From an uncultured Clostridia bacterium (GTDB lineage: Bacteria; Bacillota; Clostridia; TANB77; CAG-508), in the NCBI GenBank assembly GCA_944388745.1, contig CALXJZ010000001.1:5976-69975 (forward strand): DNA of 64,000 nt. Direction: 5' to 3'. The notes beneath the pieces were generated by a model. It worked only from the letters and a program-made list of their open reading frames with translations, was not told the origin of the DNA and ran no database searches. How positions within the stretch are numbered: the stretch's first letter is position 1; every line of letters begins with the position of its first letter. Below, one piece after another: positions 38,481 through 49,035 of the stretch. Both the position numbers and the translations under genes were made by a program.

Positions 38481-40871
38481 ATGGGCTACAATTTTACAGA
38501 AATCGAAAAAAAATGGCAAAACTATTGGGACGAGCATAAAACTTTTTATACAGATGTATGGGATTTTTCTAAACCTAAATTTTACGCATTAGACATGTTT
38601 CCATACCCATCAGGACAAGGACTACATGTTGGTCACCCAGAAGGATATACTGCAACAGATATAATGTCTAGAATAAGAAGAATGCAAGGATATAATGTTT
38701 TACATCCAATGGGATGGGATGCTTTCGGTTTACCTGCAGAACAATATGCAATAAAAACAGGAAATCATCCGGCAGAATTTACAAAGGCTAATATTGCAAC
38801 TTTTAAAAGACAATTAAAAATGTTAGGATTTTCTTTTGATTGGGATAAAGAAATTTCTACATGTGACCCAGATTTTTATAAATGGACTCAATGGATTTTT
38901 AAACAATTATATAATGACGGTTTAGCAAAACTTGTTGAGATGCCTGTAAATTGGTGTGAAGGTTTAGGTTGTGTACTTTCAAATGATGAAGTTATTAATG
39001 GTAGAAGTGAAAGAGGAGACTTCCCTGTTGTTCGTAAAAATATGAAGCAATGGGTTTTAGATATTCCTCAATATGCTGAAATATTGTTAGACGGATTAGA
39101 TGATATTGATTGGCCTGAATCAACTAAAGAAATTCAAAGAAATTGGATTGGAAAATCTGAAGGTGCAGAAGTTATATTCAAGATTGCCGATTTTGATAAC
39201 ACAGAATTTACTGTATTTACCACAAGACCGGATACTTTATTTGGTGCCACATATTGCGTTATTGCTCCTGAACTTGATTTAGTAGATAAAATAACAACTA
39301 ATGAGCAAAAAGAAGCAGTAGAAAAATATAAACAAGAAGCTGCTAGTAAATCAGACTTAGAAAGAACTGAATTAAATAAAGAAAAAACGGGTGTATTTAC
39401 TGGAAGTTATGCTATTAATCCTGTAAATGGTAGAAAAATTCCTATCTGGATTTCTGATTATGTACTTTCTACATATGGTACAGGTGCAATTATGGCCGTT
39501 CCTGCTCACGACCAAAGAGATTATGAATTTGCAAGTAAATTTGGTATAGAAATAATCCCTGTATTAGAAGGTGGAGATATTTCAAAAGAAGCATTTACTG
39601 GAGATGGATTACATATCAATTCTGATTTTCTTGATGGATTAGATAAAGAAACATCTATCAAAAAAATGATTGAATATCTTGAATCTCATAAGATTGGAAA
39701 GAAAAAGATTAATTATAAACTACGTGAATGGATATTTGCAAGACAACGCTATTGGGGAGAACCAATTCCAATTGTATATTTAGATGATGAAATGAGAGCA
39801 TTAGCAGATGATGATTTACCTCTAGTTTTACCAGAACTTGAAGATTATGCTCCTTCAAAAACAGGTGCATCACCACTAGATAAAGCAACAGATTGGGTAA
39901 ATACTACATTTGAAGGGAAACCTGCTAAAAGAGAAACAAGTACAATGCCTGGTTCTGCTGGTTCAAGTTGGTATTTCTTAAGATATATTGACCCTAAAAA
40001 CAATGACGAATTCGCAAATAAAAAATTACTTGAATACTGGATGCCTGTTGATTTATATGTAGGCGGTCCTGAACATGCCGTTGGGCATTTACTATATTCA
40101 AGATTTTGGAATAATTATTTATATAATAAAGGACTTGTTCCAGTAAAAGAACCATTTGCAAAACTTCGCCATCAAGGTATGATTTTAGGTACTAATGGTG
40201 AAAAGATGAGTAAATCAAAAGGAAATGTTATCAATCCTGATGATATGGTTAAACAATATGGTGCAGATAGTTTAAGATTATATGAAATGTTTATGGGACC
40301 AATAGATGCCGTTAAACCTTGGGATGTCAACGGTATTGAAGGTACAAAGAAATTCTTAGACCGTGTTTGGAGATTATATGTAGAATCTGGAAAAATTCAA
40401 AATACTTCAAACAAAAATCTAGAAAAAGATTATCATTTTACAGTAAAAAAAGTTACAAATGATTATGAAACAATGAATTTTAACACAGCTATTTCTCAAA
40501 TGATGATTTTCATAAACAATGTTAATAAGGAAGAAATTTTTCCATTAGAATATGCTGAAGGATTTTTAAAATTACTAAATCCAATTGCACCACATATTAC
40601 TGAAGAATTGTGGAACATCTTAGGTCATGACAATACCATTAGCTATGAAAAATGGCCAACTTATGATGAAGCTAAAACTATTGACGATGAAATTACTTTA
40701 CCAATTCAGTTTAATGGTAAATTGAAAGCTACTATTCAAATTCCATTAGATGAAGATGCAAGTGTAATCAAGCAAAAAGTTCATGAAGCAATTGATTCTA
40801 AATTAGATGGAAAAACTATTGTAAAAGAAATCTATGTAAAAAATAAAATTTACAATATAGTTGTGAAATAA
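38481..40871 (+). CDS. leuS: leucine--tRNA ligase
   Basis: HIGH-class motif ([16 protein letters not shown]), KMSKS ([10 protein letters not shown]), editing-domain sequence; 796 aa. Confidence 0.95.
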   Translation: MGYNFTEIEKKWQNYWDEHKTFYTDVWDFSKPKFYALDMFPYPSGQGLHVGHPEGYTATDIMSRIRRMQGYNVLHPMGWDAFGLPAEQYAIKTGNHPAEFTKANIATFKRQLKMLGFSFDWDKEISTCDPDFYKWTQWIFKQLYNDGLAKLVEMPVNWCEGLGCVLSNDEVINGRSERGDFPVVRKNMKQWVLDIPQYAEILLDGLDDIDWPESTKEIQRNWIGKSEGAEVIFKIADFDNTEFTVFTTRPDTLFGATYCVIAPELDLVDKITTNEQKEAVEKYKQEAASKSDLERTELNKEKTGVFTGSYAINPVNGRKIPIWISDYVLSTYGTGAIMAVPAHDQRDYEFASKFGIEIIPVLEGGDISKEAFTGDGLHINSDFLDGLDKETSIKKMIEYLESHKIGKKKINYKLREWIFARQRYWGEPIPIVYLDDEMRALADDDLPLVLPELEDYAPSKTGASPLDKATDWVNTTFEGKPAKRETSTMPGSAGSSWYFLRYIDPKNNDEFANKKLLEYWMPVDLYVGGPEHAVGHLLYSRFWNNYLYNKGLVPVKEPFAKLRHQGMILGTNGEKMSKSKGNVINPDDMVKQYGADSLRLYEMFMGPIDAVKPWDVNGIEGTKKFLDRVWRLYVESGKIQNTSNKNLEKDYHFTVKKVTNDYETMNFNTAISQMMIFINNVNKEEIFPLEYAEGFLKLLNPIAPHITEELWNILGHDNTISYEKWPTYDEAKTIDDEITLPIQFNGKLKATIQIPLDEDASVIKQKVHEAIDSKLDGKTIVKEIYVKNKIYNIVVK

Positions 40872-40973
40872 CTTGTAACAAAAATGTAACTAATACTTAA
40901 TACTTTTGACATTCTCTTTCTTCGACTTTTGTTGTATAATTTAATGGAGAATATATTAAGGAGTTTTGTCGAT

Positions 40974-42089
40974 ATGAGTATAGAAACAGATTTAAGAAAA
41001 GATGGAATAGAAGTAACAAAAAAACTAGATACGCTGCAAATCAATTCTATTGCAAATAATATCGCAATGAAATTATGCGAAACTTTTCCTGAATATAACT
41101 TAAACCAAAATGAACTTTTCATACGTTTATCACGTTTAGATATGTATAGAGCTAAAATGCCTGAAGGAATGGCAGAAGCAAATTATTTCTATAAAAATAC
41201 ATCTATATATTTTAATGAACATATTCCAGATGATGACCTAGAAGAATTTGCAATTCATGAGTGTATACACTATTTACAAGAAGTAAAAGATAAAAAAAAC
41301 TATTTAATTAGAATGGGGCTTTGTGATTATACTGAATTTAAAATATATGGATTAGGACTAAATGAAGCAGCTGTTCAATTAATGGCATCCAAAGTAAATG
41401 GCATTCCAAAAGAATATGTTAAATATTTTGGAATTAGTTTTGAAACAATTAGTCCTTCATACTATCCTTTAGAATGTTGTTTAGTAAATCAACTAGCTTA
41501 TTTAGTTGGTGAAGATGTTTTATTTGAAAGTACATTAAATAGTAATGATAACTTTAAGCAGGCTTTTGCAGATGCTACTTCACCTAAAGCTTTTATGGCT
41601 ATTCAAAATGCAATTGATGAAATTTTATATCATGAAGAAGATATTATTAAATTAAATAATAAAATTTCAAATATAGATGACAGAAATAAAAAAGTTGATG
41701 GTATGCTAAAGAAAATTGATGAACTAAAAAGTGAAATTTCTCTTATTTTCTTTAGAACTCAAAACTTAATTATTTCAAGTTATTTTGATAACAGCTTTAA
41801 TAAAATTACTAATCTTGAAGAAGTTGAAAATTATAGGAGAAAACTATATACATTTAAAGATTATTTAGGCTCTAGCGAAGGTTATACGTTTTTTAATGAT
41901 TACTATGTTTCAAAAATGGAACAACTTGAAGAGAAATATAATGCTCTTGAAAATGGTGAAACATTGCAAGTTGAAACTGCTATTAAAGTTATTTCTAAAA
42001 AAGAAAATATGTTTAGACGTTTTATCGCTACTATTAAAAAATTGTTATTTGGAGGAATTGGAGCTCAAGAAAATAATTCAAATAATTAA
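40974..42089 (+). CDS. hypothetical HExxH-motif protein (putative zinc-dependent peptidase fold) with C-terminal coiled coil
   Basis: FAIHECIHYLQE (HExxH) followed by GLNEAAVQ (candidate third ligand Glu). Start taken at MSIETDL after an AAGGAG SD; the ORF track begins at 40929. Confidence 0.45.
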   Translation: MSIETDLRKDGIEVTKKLDTLQINSIANNIAMKLCETFPEYNLNQNELFIRLSRLDMYRAKMPEGMAEANYFYKNTSIYFNEHIPDDDLEEFAIHECIHYLQEVKDKKNYLIRMGLCDYTEFKIYGLGLNEAAVQLMASKVNGIPKEYVKYFGISFETISPSYYPLECCLVNQLAYLVGEDVLFESTLNSNDNFKQAFADATSPKAFMAIQNAIDEILYHEEDIIKLNNKISNIDDRNKKVDGMLKKIDELKSEISLIFFRTQNLIISSYFDNSFNKITNLEEVENYRRKLYTFKDYLGSSEGYTFFNDYYVSKMEQLEEKYNALENGETLQVETAIKVISKKENMFRRFIATIKKLLFGGIGAQENNSNN

Positions 42090-42205
42090 TGTTGCAAAAT
42101 TCTAAAAAAGATGATATACTGGTTACATAAAATTTTGCAATCCTGTTTTTCAGGTTGATATATAGACATTTATTATAAAATAATTATTTTAAGGAGGTAT
42201 TGTAA

Positions 42206-42961
42206 ATGATATTTTGGATTATTTGGATTTGTGGGCTTATATTAACAGTTATGATATTTAAAATTTCTAAACGGTATACAGATAATTTTGGTAGAATTAA
42301 GCTACAAAAAGAAAATACCACAAAAGTACAACTACTTTCAATATTAAGTATGGTTACACTTGATGCATTAACCCCCACTGGAATGGTATATTTGATATTG
42401 ATAAGACAATATGGTGTTCGTTCTTTTGGACTTATAGCATTCTTTTTTATTATTTTTATAACTCTTGTAATATTTCTTATTTTTTCTTGTAAACTTGACT
42501 TTTTTCATAAAACAGTATCAAGAGTTATTTTGAGAATTGCATTTGTCCTTTCAATAATAGGATGGGGAGTTATATTTTATATTTATGACTTAAATATAGA
42601 AGTAGTTACAGAAACTTTTACAGAAACAGAAGAAAGAGAACTTTTATCTTTTAATAATGTACCTATTAAAGATGTCTCTGTCCATATTGGTCGATTTTAT
42701 GGTGAAATAACTTCTTCAGATGAAATTCCGTACTGGTATTTAGATGACAATACCAATGAAGGTTTGTATGATTCTGCTCCACCATCAGATTCAAGAATAA
42801 AATTAATTGAAGATGATGAAACATCTTATCTTGAAATTGTCACCTCTACGACAATAACAACTGAATATAATAATTATAACGGAACTCAGAGAACCTTAGA
42901 TGAGGAAACATCTGTGGAATATAAGTTTTATTTACCACAATCACAATTTTCAAATAATTAA
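42206..42961 (+). CDS. hypothetical integral membrane protein
   Basis: Four predicted TM helices in the N-terminal half, a hydrophilic C-terminal domain, GGAGG SD. Confidence 0.5.
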   Translation: MIFWIIWICGLILTVMIFKISKRYTDNFGRIKLQKENTTKVQLLSILSMVTLDALTPTGMVYLILIRQYGVRSFGLIAFFFIIFITLVIFLIFSCKLDFFHKTVSRVILRIAFVLSIIGWGVIFYIYDLNIEVVTETFTETEERELLSFNNVPIKDVSVHIGRFYGEITSSDEIPYWYLDDNTNEGLYDSAPPSDSRIKLIEDDETSYLEIVTSTTITTEYNNYNGTQRTLDEETSVEYKFYLPQSQFSNN

Positions 42962-42965
42962 TGTT

Positions 42966-43006
42966 AAAAATACAGTAAAAGTTTGCTAAACTTTTACTGT
43001 ATTTTT
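42966..43006. terminator. bidirectional rho-independent terminator between convergent genes
   Basis: Perfect 18-bp inverted repeat AAAATACAGTAAAAGTTT(GC)TAAACTTTTACTGTATTTT flanked by A/T tracts on both sides. Confidence 0.75.
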
Positions 43007-43008
43007 AA

Positions 43009-44313
43009 TTAATCTTGTAGAAATTGCACTATTTTATTTGCCGCTTCTCTACCTGATTGAGCTGCCCAAGCAACTGTTCCTTTTATTCCAGCTAAATCGC
43101 CACCAGAAAAAACTTTAGGATTTGAAGTTTGGTAATTTTCATTTATTGATATATTTCCCCATTTATTTAGCTCTAAACCTAAATTAGAAACAAATCCTTC
43201 TGGTTTTGAACCTAAAGCCATAACAACATAGTCAACATCTTCAATATAATTACTATTTTCAATATTTACTGGTACTAATCTAGTTTCTCCTTCTTTTTGT
43301 ACTAACTCTGTTTTAATTAATTCTACTTTTTCTACTTTTTTATCACCAATAATTTTAACCACATTATTCTGGAATAAAAATTCAATACCTTCATTAATTG
43401 CATCTTCTACTTCTTTATCTTCAGCTGGCATTTGTTCTCTTGCTCTTCTATATATTACTTTTACTTCTTTTGCTCCCTTTTTATTAATTGTTCTTGCACA
43501 GTCCATTGCAACATTTCCGCCACCAACAACAGCAACTTTCTTATCCTTGTAGTCTGGATGTAAATTATATTCTAATAATTCATTACCACCATATACACCT
43601 TCTAAATCTTCTCCTTCAATTCCCATTTTAGAAGATACATTTGCACCAATACTTAGGAAAATAGCATCAAATTCTTTTTCTAAATTTTCTAATTTTAGAT
43701 TTTTTCCTAATTCTTGATTATATTTTACTTCAATTCCTAATTCTAAGATATTATTTACAGTTTGTTTTACTATCTCCTTTGGAAGTCTAAATTCAGGAAT
43801 TCCATGTACTAATAATCCACCTAAATAATTATATTTTTCGAATATTGTTACTTTAATTCCAGATTTGGCTAAAAATGCACTACAAGTTAAACCTGCTGGA
43901 CCTCCACCTATTACTGCAACTTTTTTACTAGATAACTCTTCATTTTTTTCTTTATTTTCAGTTATCTCATTTTTATAACATTCTAATAAACTATGTCCTT
44001 GCTCCGTTATTGCTTTATCAAATGTAAATGCTTCTAAATCACCAATTGCAACTGGCTCTCCTTTTATTCCTCTAACACATGAACCTTGGCATTGTTTTTT
44101 GTGTGGGCAAATTCTTCCGCATACTCCTTGTAATACTGTTGTTTCTGACAATATTTTATATGCTTCAAAATAGTTTTCTTCTTTTACTTGTTTTATAAAT
44201 TCTGGTATATTGTTACCTAAAGGACATCCTTTTAATGAACATGGTTTTACTTTACAATTTAAACAATAATTTGCTTTTTCCTTTGCTTCATTTATTAATA
44301 GCATTTTTTTCAT
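43009..44313 (-). CDS. NAD(P)H-dependent glutamate synthase small-subunit-like (GltD family) FeS/FAD oxidoreductase
   Basis: N-terminal Cys clusters (CLNCKVKPC...C..C; CGRICPHKKQCQGSC), then the GltD-type FAD/NAD fold KVAVIGGGPAGLTCSAFLA ... VAVVGGGNVAMDCART. Confidence 0.8.
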   Translation of the reverse strand: MKKMLLINEAKEKANYCLNCKVKPCSLKGCPLGNNIPEFIKQVKEENYFEAYKILSETTVLQGVCGRICPHKKQCQGSCVRGIKGEPVAIGDLEAFTFDKAITEQGHSLLECYKNEITENKEKNEELSSKKVAVIGGGPAGLTCSAFLAKSGIKVTIFEKYNYLGGLLVHGIPEFRLPKEIVKQTVNNILELGIEVKYNQELGKNLKLENLEKEFDAIFLSIGANVSSKMGIEGEDLEGVYGGNELLEYNLHPDYKDKKVAVVGGGNVAMDCARTINKKGAKEVKVIYRRAREQMPAEDKEVEDAINEGIEFLFQNNVVKIIGDKKVEKVELIKTELVQKEGETRLVPVNIENSNYIEDVDYVVMALGSKPEGFVSNLGLELNKWGNISINENYQTSNPKVFSGGDLAGIKGTVAWAAQSGREAANKIVQFLQD

Positions 44314-44389
44314 TCCTCTCTCAATTAATTATTATATGGTTTGCATTTTATTTATACTAATTTTATTATTAGTTGTCAATTACTGACTT

Positions 44390-44948
44390 TTAGGTCAAAT
44401 TTTTATATTCATTAATAACTAATTTTAAATCTTTTATAAAATCAATTTTCTTAGTTTCATCTCTTAAAAGTGCAGCCGGATGCCATGTTGGCATATATTT
44501 AATTCCTTTTTTCTCAACCCATTTTCCTCTAGATTGTGTTATGCCATACTCATGTCCTAATATATTTTTTAATGCCACACTTCCGCAATAAAACAATTAT
44601 TTTAGGTTTAACTAAAATAACTTGGTTTCTTAAATAATTCATACAGCTATCGGCTTCATCTTGTTCTGGATTTCTATTTGAAGGTGGTCTACATTTAACA
44701 ATATTTGCAATATATACTTCGTCACGCTTTAATCCGACCATTTGAAAGGCCAAATTCATAAGTTGTCCTGCACGACCTACAAAAGGTTCTCCTAATCTAT
44801 CCTCGTCTGCTCCTGGACCTTCTCCTATAAACATTAAATCCGCATTTTTATTTCCAGTTCCAAAAACTATGTTATGCCTTCCTTTATATAATTTACACTT
44901 ATTACAATTAATTATTGAATTTTCTAGTTCTTCCCATGTTTCAAACAT
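44390..44948 (-). CDS. udg: family-4 uracil-DNA glycosylase, interrupted by a single +1 frameshift near 44585
   Basis: [24 protein letters not shown] (family 4 UDG) in ORF 44550..45002. The C-terminal part (...[11 protein letters not shown]...) is in the overlapping ORF 44390..44596. Removing one C from ttgCggaag on the coding strand restores ...[18 protein letters not shown].... True start is MFETWEEL at about 44948. Confidence 0.7.
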
Positions 44949-44951
44949 TTT

Positions 44952-45018
44952 GCTCACTTTGGTCACTTTGGGGACAGGTTCGGACTGACCATTTTTGGTC
45001 ATAAAAGGGACGCCACTT
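44952..45018 (+). repeat. Family-A dispersed palindromic repeat, copy 3
   Basis: GCTCACTTTGGTCACTTTGGGGACAGGTTCGGACTGACCATTTTTGGTCATAAAAGGGACGCCACTTTTC, ending 4 nt upstream of the udg ATG. It explains the spurious N-terminal extension [18 protein letters not shown] in the ORF track. Confidence 0.8.
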
Positions 45019-45122
45019 TTCTATCTCCAATTTTCCATTTTCTCCTTTTCTTTTTTCTCCTCTTTTCCTACTTTCTTCCATTGTATCTTCTTAGATTTCT
45101 CATGTATCTCTTATAACTTGTC

Positions 45123-46043
45123 TTAATTAACGCATTTTTCAATCAATTTAATTTTTCTTGTGTTCTTTGTATCTATTCTTGCCTTTGTACCAATTGGAAT
45201 TACAGTTTTTGTTTCTGTATGTCCAAAGTTATTTGACTTGATTATTGGAAAATTATATTCATTATCTAAAACATCTAATATCACTTTTTCTAAAGATATT
45301 CCACTTTCATGTTCATAATTTCCAATCCACAATCCTTTTATTTTATCAAATACTCCATTTTGTTTCATGTAATATAGAAAATTGCTCATAATTACTGGCG
45401 TTGTATCAATTCCCAATTCTTCTAAAAATAATATTTTATCTGTAAAATCAATTGAATATTTCCCTGAAACTAGACCTCTTGTTAACTTTAAATTTCCTCC
45501 TATTAACTTACCTTCTGCAACTCCTTCTTTTAAAGTTTCATATTTTTCTACCTCTACTCCTAGCTCTAAACTTCCATCTACAAATCTTTTCATTACTTCA
45601 TTATAACTATAATTTGTTTCATCTGTTGCAATTGTTTTAAAGTTTGTTCCACTAAAAGTTACAAGCCCAGTTTTAGCTGTTATTATATTTGTTAATGAAG
45701 TTATATCACTATATCCACAAATTATTTTAGGATTGTTCTTTATTAAATCATAATCTAAATATTCAAAAGTTGAATTTGAATTTTCTCCACCTTTTGCACA
45801 CCATATCATTTTTACATCTTTATCTCTAAACATTTCGTTTATATCTTCTGCCTTTTCTCTTGCCGTGCTACTATATCCATTAGTATTAGAAAAAAGATTT
45901 TTTGAATATTTTACTTTAAATCCTGCATCTTCTACAATTTTTCTAGCTCGCTCTAATTCTTCAATATTTTCGTCTATTATTGGATTTGATGGTGCTACTA
46001 CACCAATTACATCTCCTTTTTTTAGTCTTTGTGGAATTAGCAT
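45123..46043 (-). CDS. ldcA: LD-carboxypeptidase (S66 family, muramoyltetrapeptide carboxypeptidase)
   Basis: GDVIGVVAPS N-terminus, GYSDITSL Ser-nucleophile motif, about 306 aa. Confidence 0.8.
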   Translation of the reverse strand: MLIPQRLKKGDVIGVVAPSNPIIDENIEELERARKIVEDAGFKVKYSKNLFSNTNGYSSTAREKAEDINEMFRDKDVKMIWCAKGGENSNSTFEYLDYDLIKNNPKIICGYSDITSLTNIITAKTGLVTFSGTNFKTIATDETNYSYNEVMKRFVDGSLELGVEVEKYETLKEGVAEGKLIGGNLKLTRGLVSGKYSIDFTDKILFLEELGIDTTPVIMSNFLYYMKQNGVFDKIKGLWIGNYEHESGISLEKVILDVLDNEYNFPIIKSNNFGHTETKTVIPIGTKARIDTKNTRKIKLIEKCVN

Positions 46044-46201
46044 TTTTGTTTTCTCCTTTCTCTTGTTTAGATTATATCACATTGTAAAAACTCAAAGATT
46101 TTTTGCCACTTTTTGCGGGGTTCTTTTTTGAAAAATTGCCACTTTTTGCAGGTTAAAATTAATATAATGAAATTTTTATTTTCCCGATAAATTGTAATTT
46201 G

Positions 46202-46810
46202 TTAGTTTCTTTTTAACAATAACTTAATTCCAAATCCTATTATAACTAAACCTACTACAATATTTAAAATTTTAGATATTATATCTGGTATGAAATTTGA
46301 TAATATCATTCCTAATACAGCAACTATTGTTAAGAATATTAAAGTAGCAGAAACTAAACCTACTGAAAAAACAGCTAATTCTTTTTTCCCAAACTTTTCT
46401 TCAATAATTTTAGTTGTTAATACACTTCCCCAAAAGACTATTGTTATTGGATTAGATAATGTTAATATTATTCCTTGTATAAATGCACTTGAAGAATTTG
46501 GTTTTAAATTTAAACCTGGTATAATATTTATACCAAACACATTTAAAATAATATTTAAACCAAACAATATTAAAACTAGCGAACCTATTATTTTTACTAT
46601 TTTCTCAACTTTTTTATTACCTAATAATTTACTAGCACCTAAACTTGCTAACAATATATAAAAAGCATCTACTAAAGCTATTGCAATTACTAATGATAAT
46701 GCTACTAAAAAACCTGTATTCTGTGCAGTATTAAAAACCATTAAACACATTGGTCCAACTGCGAACTGTAATAACATACCAAATTTTAGTCCTTCTAAAT
46801 ATCTTTTCAT
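46202..46810 (-). CDS. LysE/RhtB-family amino-acid exporter
   Basis: About 200 aa, six TM helices, typical LysE length and N-terminal pattern. Confidence 0.7.
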   Translation of the reverse strand: MKRYLEGLKFGMLLQFAVGPMCLMVFNTAQNTGFLVALSLVIAIALVDAFYILLASLGASKLLGNKKVEKIVKIIGSLVLILFGLNIILNVFGINIIPGLNLKPNSSSAFIQGIILTLSNPITIVFWGSVLTTKIIEEKFGKKELAVFSVGLVSATLIFLTIVAVLGMILSNFIPDIISKILNIVVGLVIIGFGIKLLLKRN

Positions 46811-46870
46811 AATTACTATCTCCCTTACAACTTACTAGTTATTATTATATTTTTATTTTGTACAAAATTA

Positions 46871-48169
46871 TTAAGAATTTCCACCCAACTCATCATATTT
46901 TTTCTCAATACTAGAGTATTCTTCTGGTTTCAAACCAACTCTAGTTTCCATATATTTTCCAACTAAAACATAAATAATTGTAAAAATAACGCCCAAGATA
47001 ATCATACAATAAGCAGTTGTTGTCTTTGTTAACAAGAAAGCTGCAAACAAACTAATAATCATCCTAAAAATACTCTTAAATAAATTCTTAGCTGCAAATA
47101 TCTTAGTATCTATTGATTGATTTGCAAAATTTCTCAAATATCTATCAATTATTGTATTAAATACTCCAACGCAAAAACTATATAACAAAAATGCAAGTAT
47201 AACTATCAATAATAATACAATATTTCCTTCTGCCTTTATACCAAAAATACCTGCAAATATTGTGCTTACAGAAACCAATATTGAAATAATATATAATGAT
47301 TTATTTCTATACTTATTATGAAATTGATTTTGTTTTTTTGATGCATATGCACTGATAAATGCTCCTATTGCCGCTATAATTCCAATAATTACTGAAGATA
47401 ATCTTAAATCTTCCTGCAAACTCACATGATATGTTGATAATGGCCATATCAAAGCATCGACTAATGATGCACATAAAATTAACGCTTTCAACCTTTCAGA
47501 TTTTAATATAAAGGCAAACCCATCTCTTACATCTTTTATCTGTTCTATATACATTAATTTGCTACTACTTTTTTTCTTTTTCCTAACAGGTTCAATAAAT
47601 CCAATTGATAAGATAGTAACAAATATTAAAATAACTAATGAACAAACAACTGGTATATATCCATTTATTGCGAACAAAAATCCTGCAATTATTTTTGAAA
47701 TTGAGTTTATAAAATAATATCCTGATGTTCCTTTTGCATTTATCTTAGAATATATTTGACTTTTATATCTTGATGGTGGTATTGATTCATTTAGCAAACT
47801 TGGCTCTGCAACATTTTTTATAGAAAATGCAATTGCACCAAAAAATTCTGCAACTATTAAGTCAAACAGGTTTCTACTAAGCATTATAACTACCATATAA
47901 ACACAATTTAGAACATTTGCTAGTATTATGCTGTTTTTTCTTCCCAAAAATTCTACAATTATATTTGCTGGAATTTGTACTATTATACTAAAAAACGCAT
48001 AAAATGTACTTTTTAACACAACATCTGATGCACTAATTCCTTTAACCTGTGTTAAAAATAGGAAGTCTATTGTATAGAAAAATAGAAAATCCCATCCTAA
48101 CTGCTTATATATTGGAAATATCCACATATTAGTTTTTCTCATCATTCGTTTTTCTTCTTTACTCGCCAT
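46871..48169 (-). CDS. MFS-family transporter
   Basis: 12 predicted TM helices; EFLGRK loop motif between TM2 and TM3. Confidence 0.65.
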   Translation of the reverse strand: MASKEEKRMMRKTNMWIFPIYKQLGWDFLFFYTIDFLFLTQVKGISASDVVLKSTFYAFFSIIVQIPANIIVEFLGRKNSIILANVLNCVYMVVIMLSRNLFDLIVAEFFGAIAFSIKNVAEPSLLNESIPPSRYKSQIYSKINAKGTSGYYFINSISKIIAGFLFAINGYIPVVCSLVILIFVTILSIGFIEPVRKKKKSSSKLMYIEQIKDVRDGFAFILKSERLKALILCASLVDALIWPLSTYHVSLQEDLRLSSVIIGIIAAIGAFISAYASKKQNQFHNKYRNKSLYIISILVSVSTIFAGIFGIKAEGNIVLLLIVILAFLLYSFCVGVFNTIIDRYLRNFANQSIDTKIFAAKNLFKSIFRMIISLFAAFLLTKTTTAYCMIILGVIFTIIYVLVGKYMETRVGLKPEEYSSIEKKYDELGGNS

Positions 48170-48186
48170 AAAATTTTCTCCTTTGA

Positions 48187-49035
48187 TTATTTTTCAATCA
48201 TAATAAAAGCTGCACATAAACCATATCCCTGCTTCTCAACTCTAAATGAATGTATCAAATCTGAGTGACACACACTACATATTCCACTATCTACAATATT
48301 TTCTTCCTTTAAGCCAACTTTTTGCAAAATTATTTTATTTATCAAAACTGTATCTATATTCCATTTCTCATTTGGAATTTTCTCCTGTATTATATCACAT
48401 AATTGGTCATTTTTTAAGTCTTTATATTCATTTTCAAACATTTCTTTAACATCTCTATCTACTTCAAAATGACATTTCCTAATACTTGGACAAATACAAC
48501 ATATTATATCTTCTGGATTACAACCAAATTCATTTTTCATTTTTTCAACTGTTTTAACTGAAATCCTTTGAATTGTTCCTTTCCAACCAGAATGTGTATT
48601 TGCTATTACTTCCTTTACTGGGTCATAAAATAACAGTAATATACAATCTGCATTTGTAGTCTCCAATATAATATCTTTCTTGTTTGTAATTAGTCCATCT
48701 GTTTTAGAATAATCGCTTGTTTCAAATTCTGGTCTATCCTTATACCTCTTATTTTTTACAACTTTTATTTCGTCTGTATGGTCTTGTGCAGGCTTAATAA
48801 TCTTTGTATAATCATCATTTACTTCTTCAAAAAATTTCTTATATGTATTAATATTTTTCTCATATCTTTCTTTTGGTAACTCTTTTTTATCAGGAGTCAA
48901 AGTTCTAAAATCGTTGTTAATTCCTAAGGTATATGCATGTTTTATTTTATCTTTATATTCCAATAATCTCCTAAACTGCAAATATTCAATTCCATTCTTT
49001 TTAACATGAATTACATTTTCATTTGATAAATCCAC
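48187..49035 (-). CDS. pgeF: peptidoglycan editing factor PgeF / YfiH (DUF152, purine nucleoside phosphorylase LACC1 family)
   Basis: ILLLFYDP...HSGWKGT...CICPSI..CHFEV conserved motifs. Apparent GTG start with an AAGGAGG SD. Confidence 0.8.
   Translation of the reverse strand: MDLSNENVIHVKKNGIEYLQFRRLLEYKDKIKHAYTLGINNDFRTLTPDKKELPKERYEKNINTYKKFFEEVNDDYTKIIKPAQDHTDEIKVVKNKRYKDRPEFETSDYSKTDGLITNKKDIILETTNADCILLLFYDPVKEVIANTHSGWKGTIQRISVKTVEKMKNEFGCNPEDIICCICPSIRKCHFEVDRDVKEMFENEYKDLKNDQLCDIIQEKIPNEKWNIDTVLINKIILQKVGLKEENIVDSGICSVCHSDLIHSFRVEKQGYGLCAAFIMIEK

Noticed and set aside
42090-42205. GCAAAATT...AATTTTGC inverted repeat and small CCTGTTTTTCAGG hairpin after the HExxH gene
   Set aside because: Short AT-rich stems with no U-tract, in a 115-nt spacer that also carries the next gene's SD. 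Insufficient evidence for a terminator or riboswitch.
45003-45122. Small purine-rich ORF (MEESRKRGEKRKGENGK...) between ldcA and udg
   Set aside because: It reads through the family-A repeat and a low-complexity GA-rich tract, has no RBS, and overlaps the udg start region. Likely spurious.
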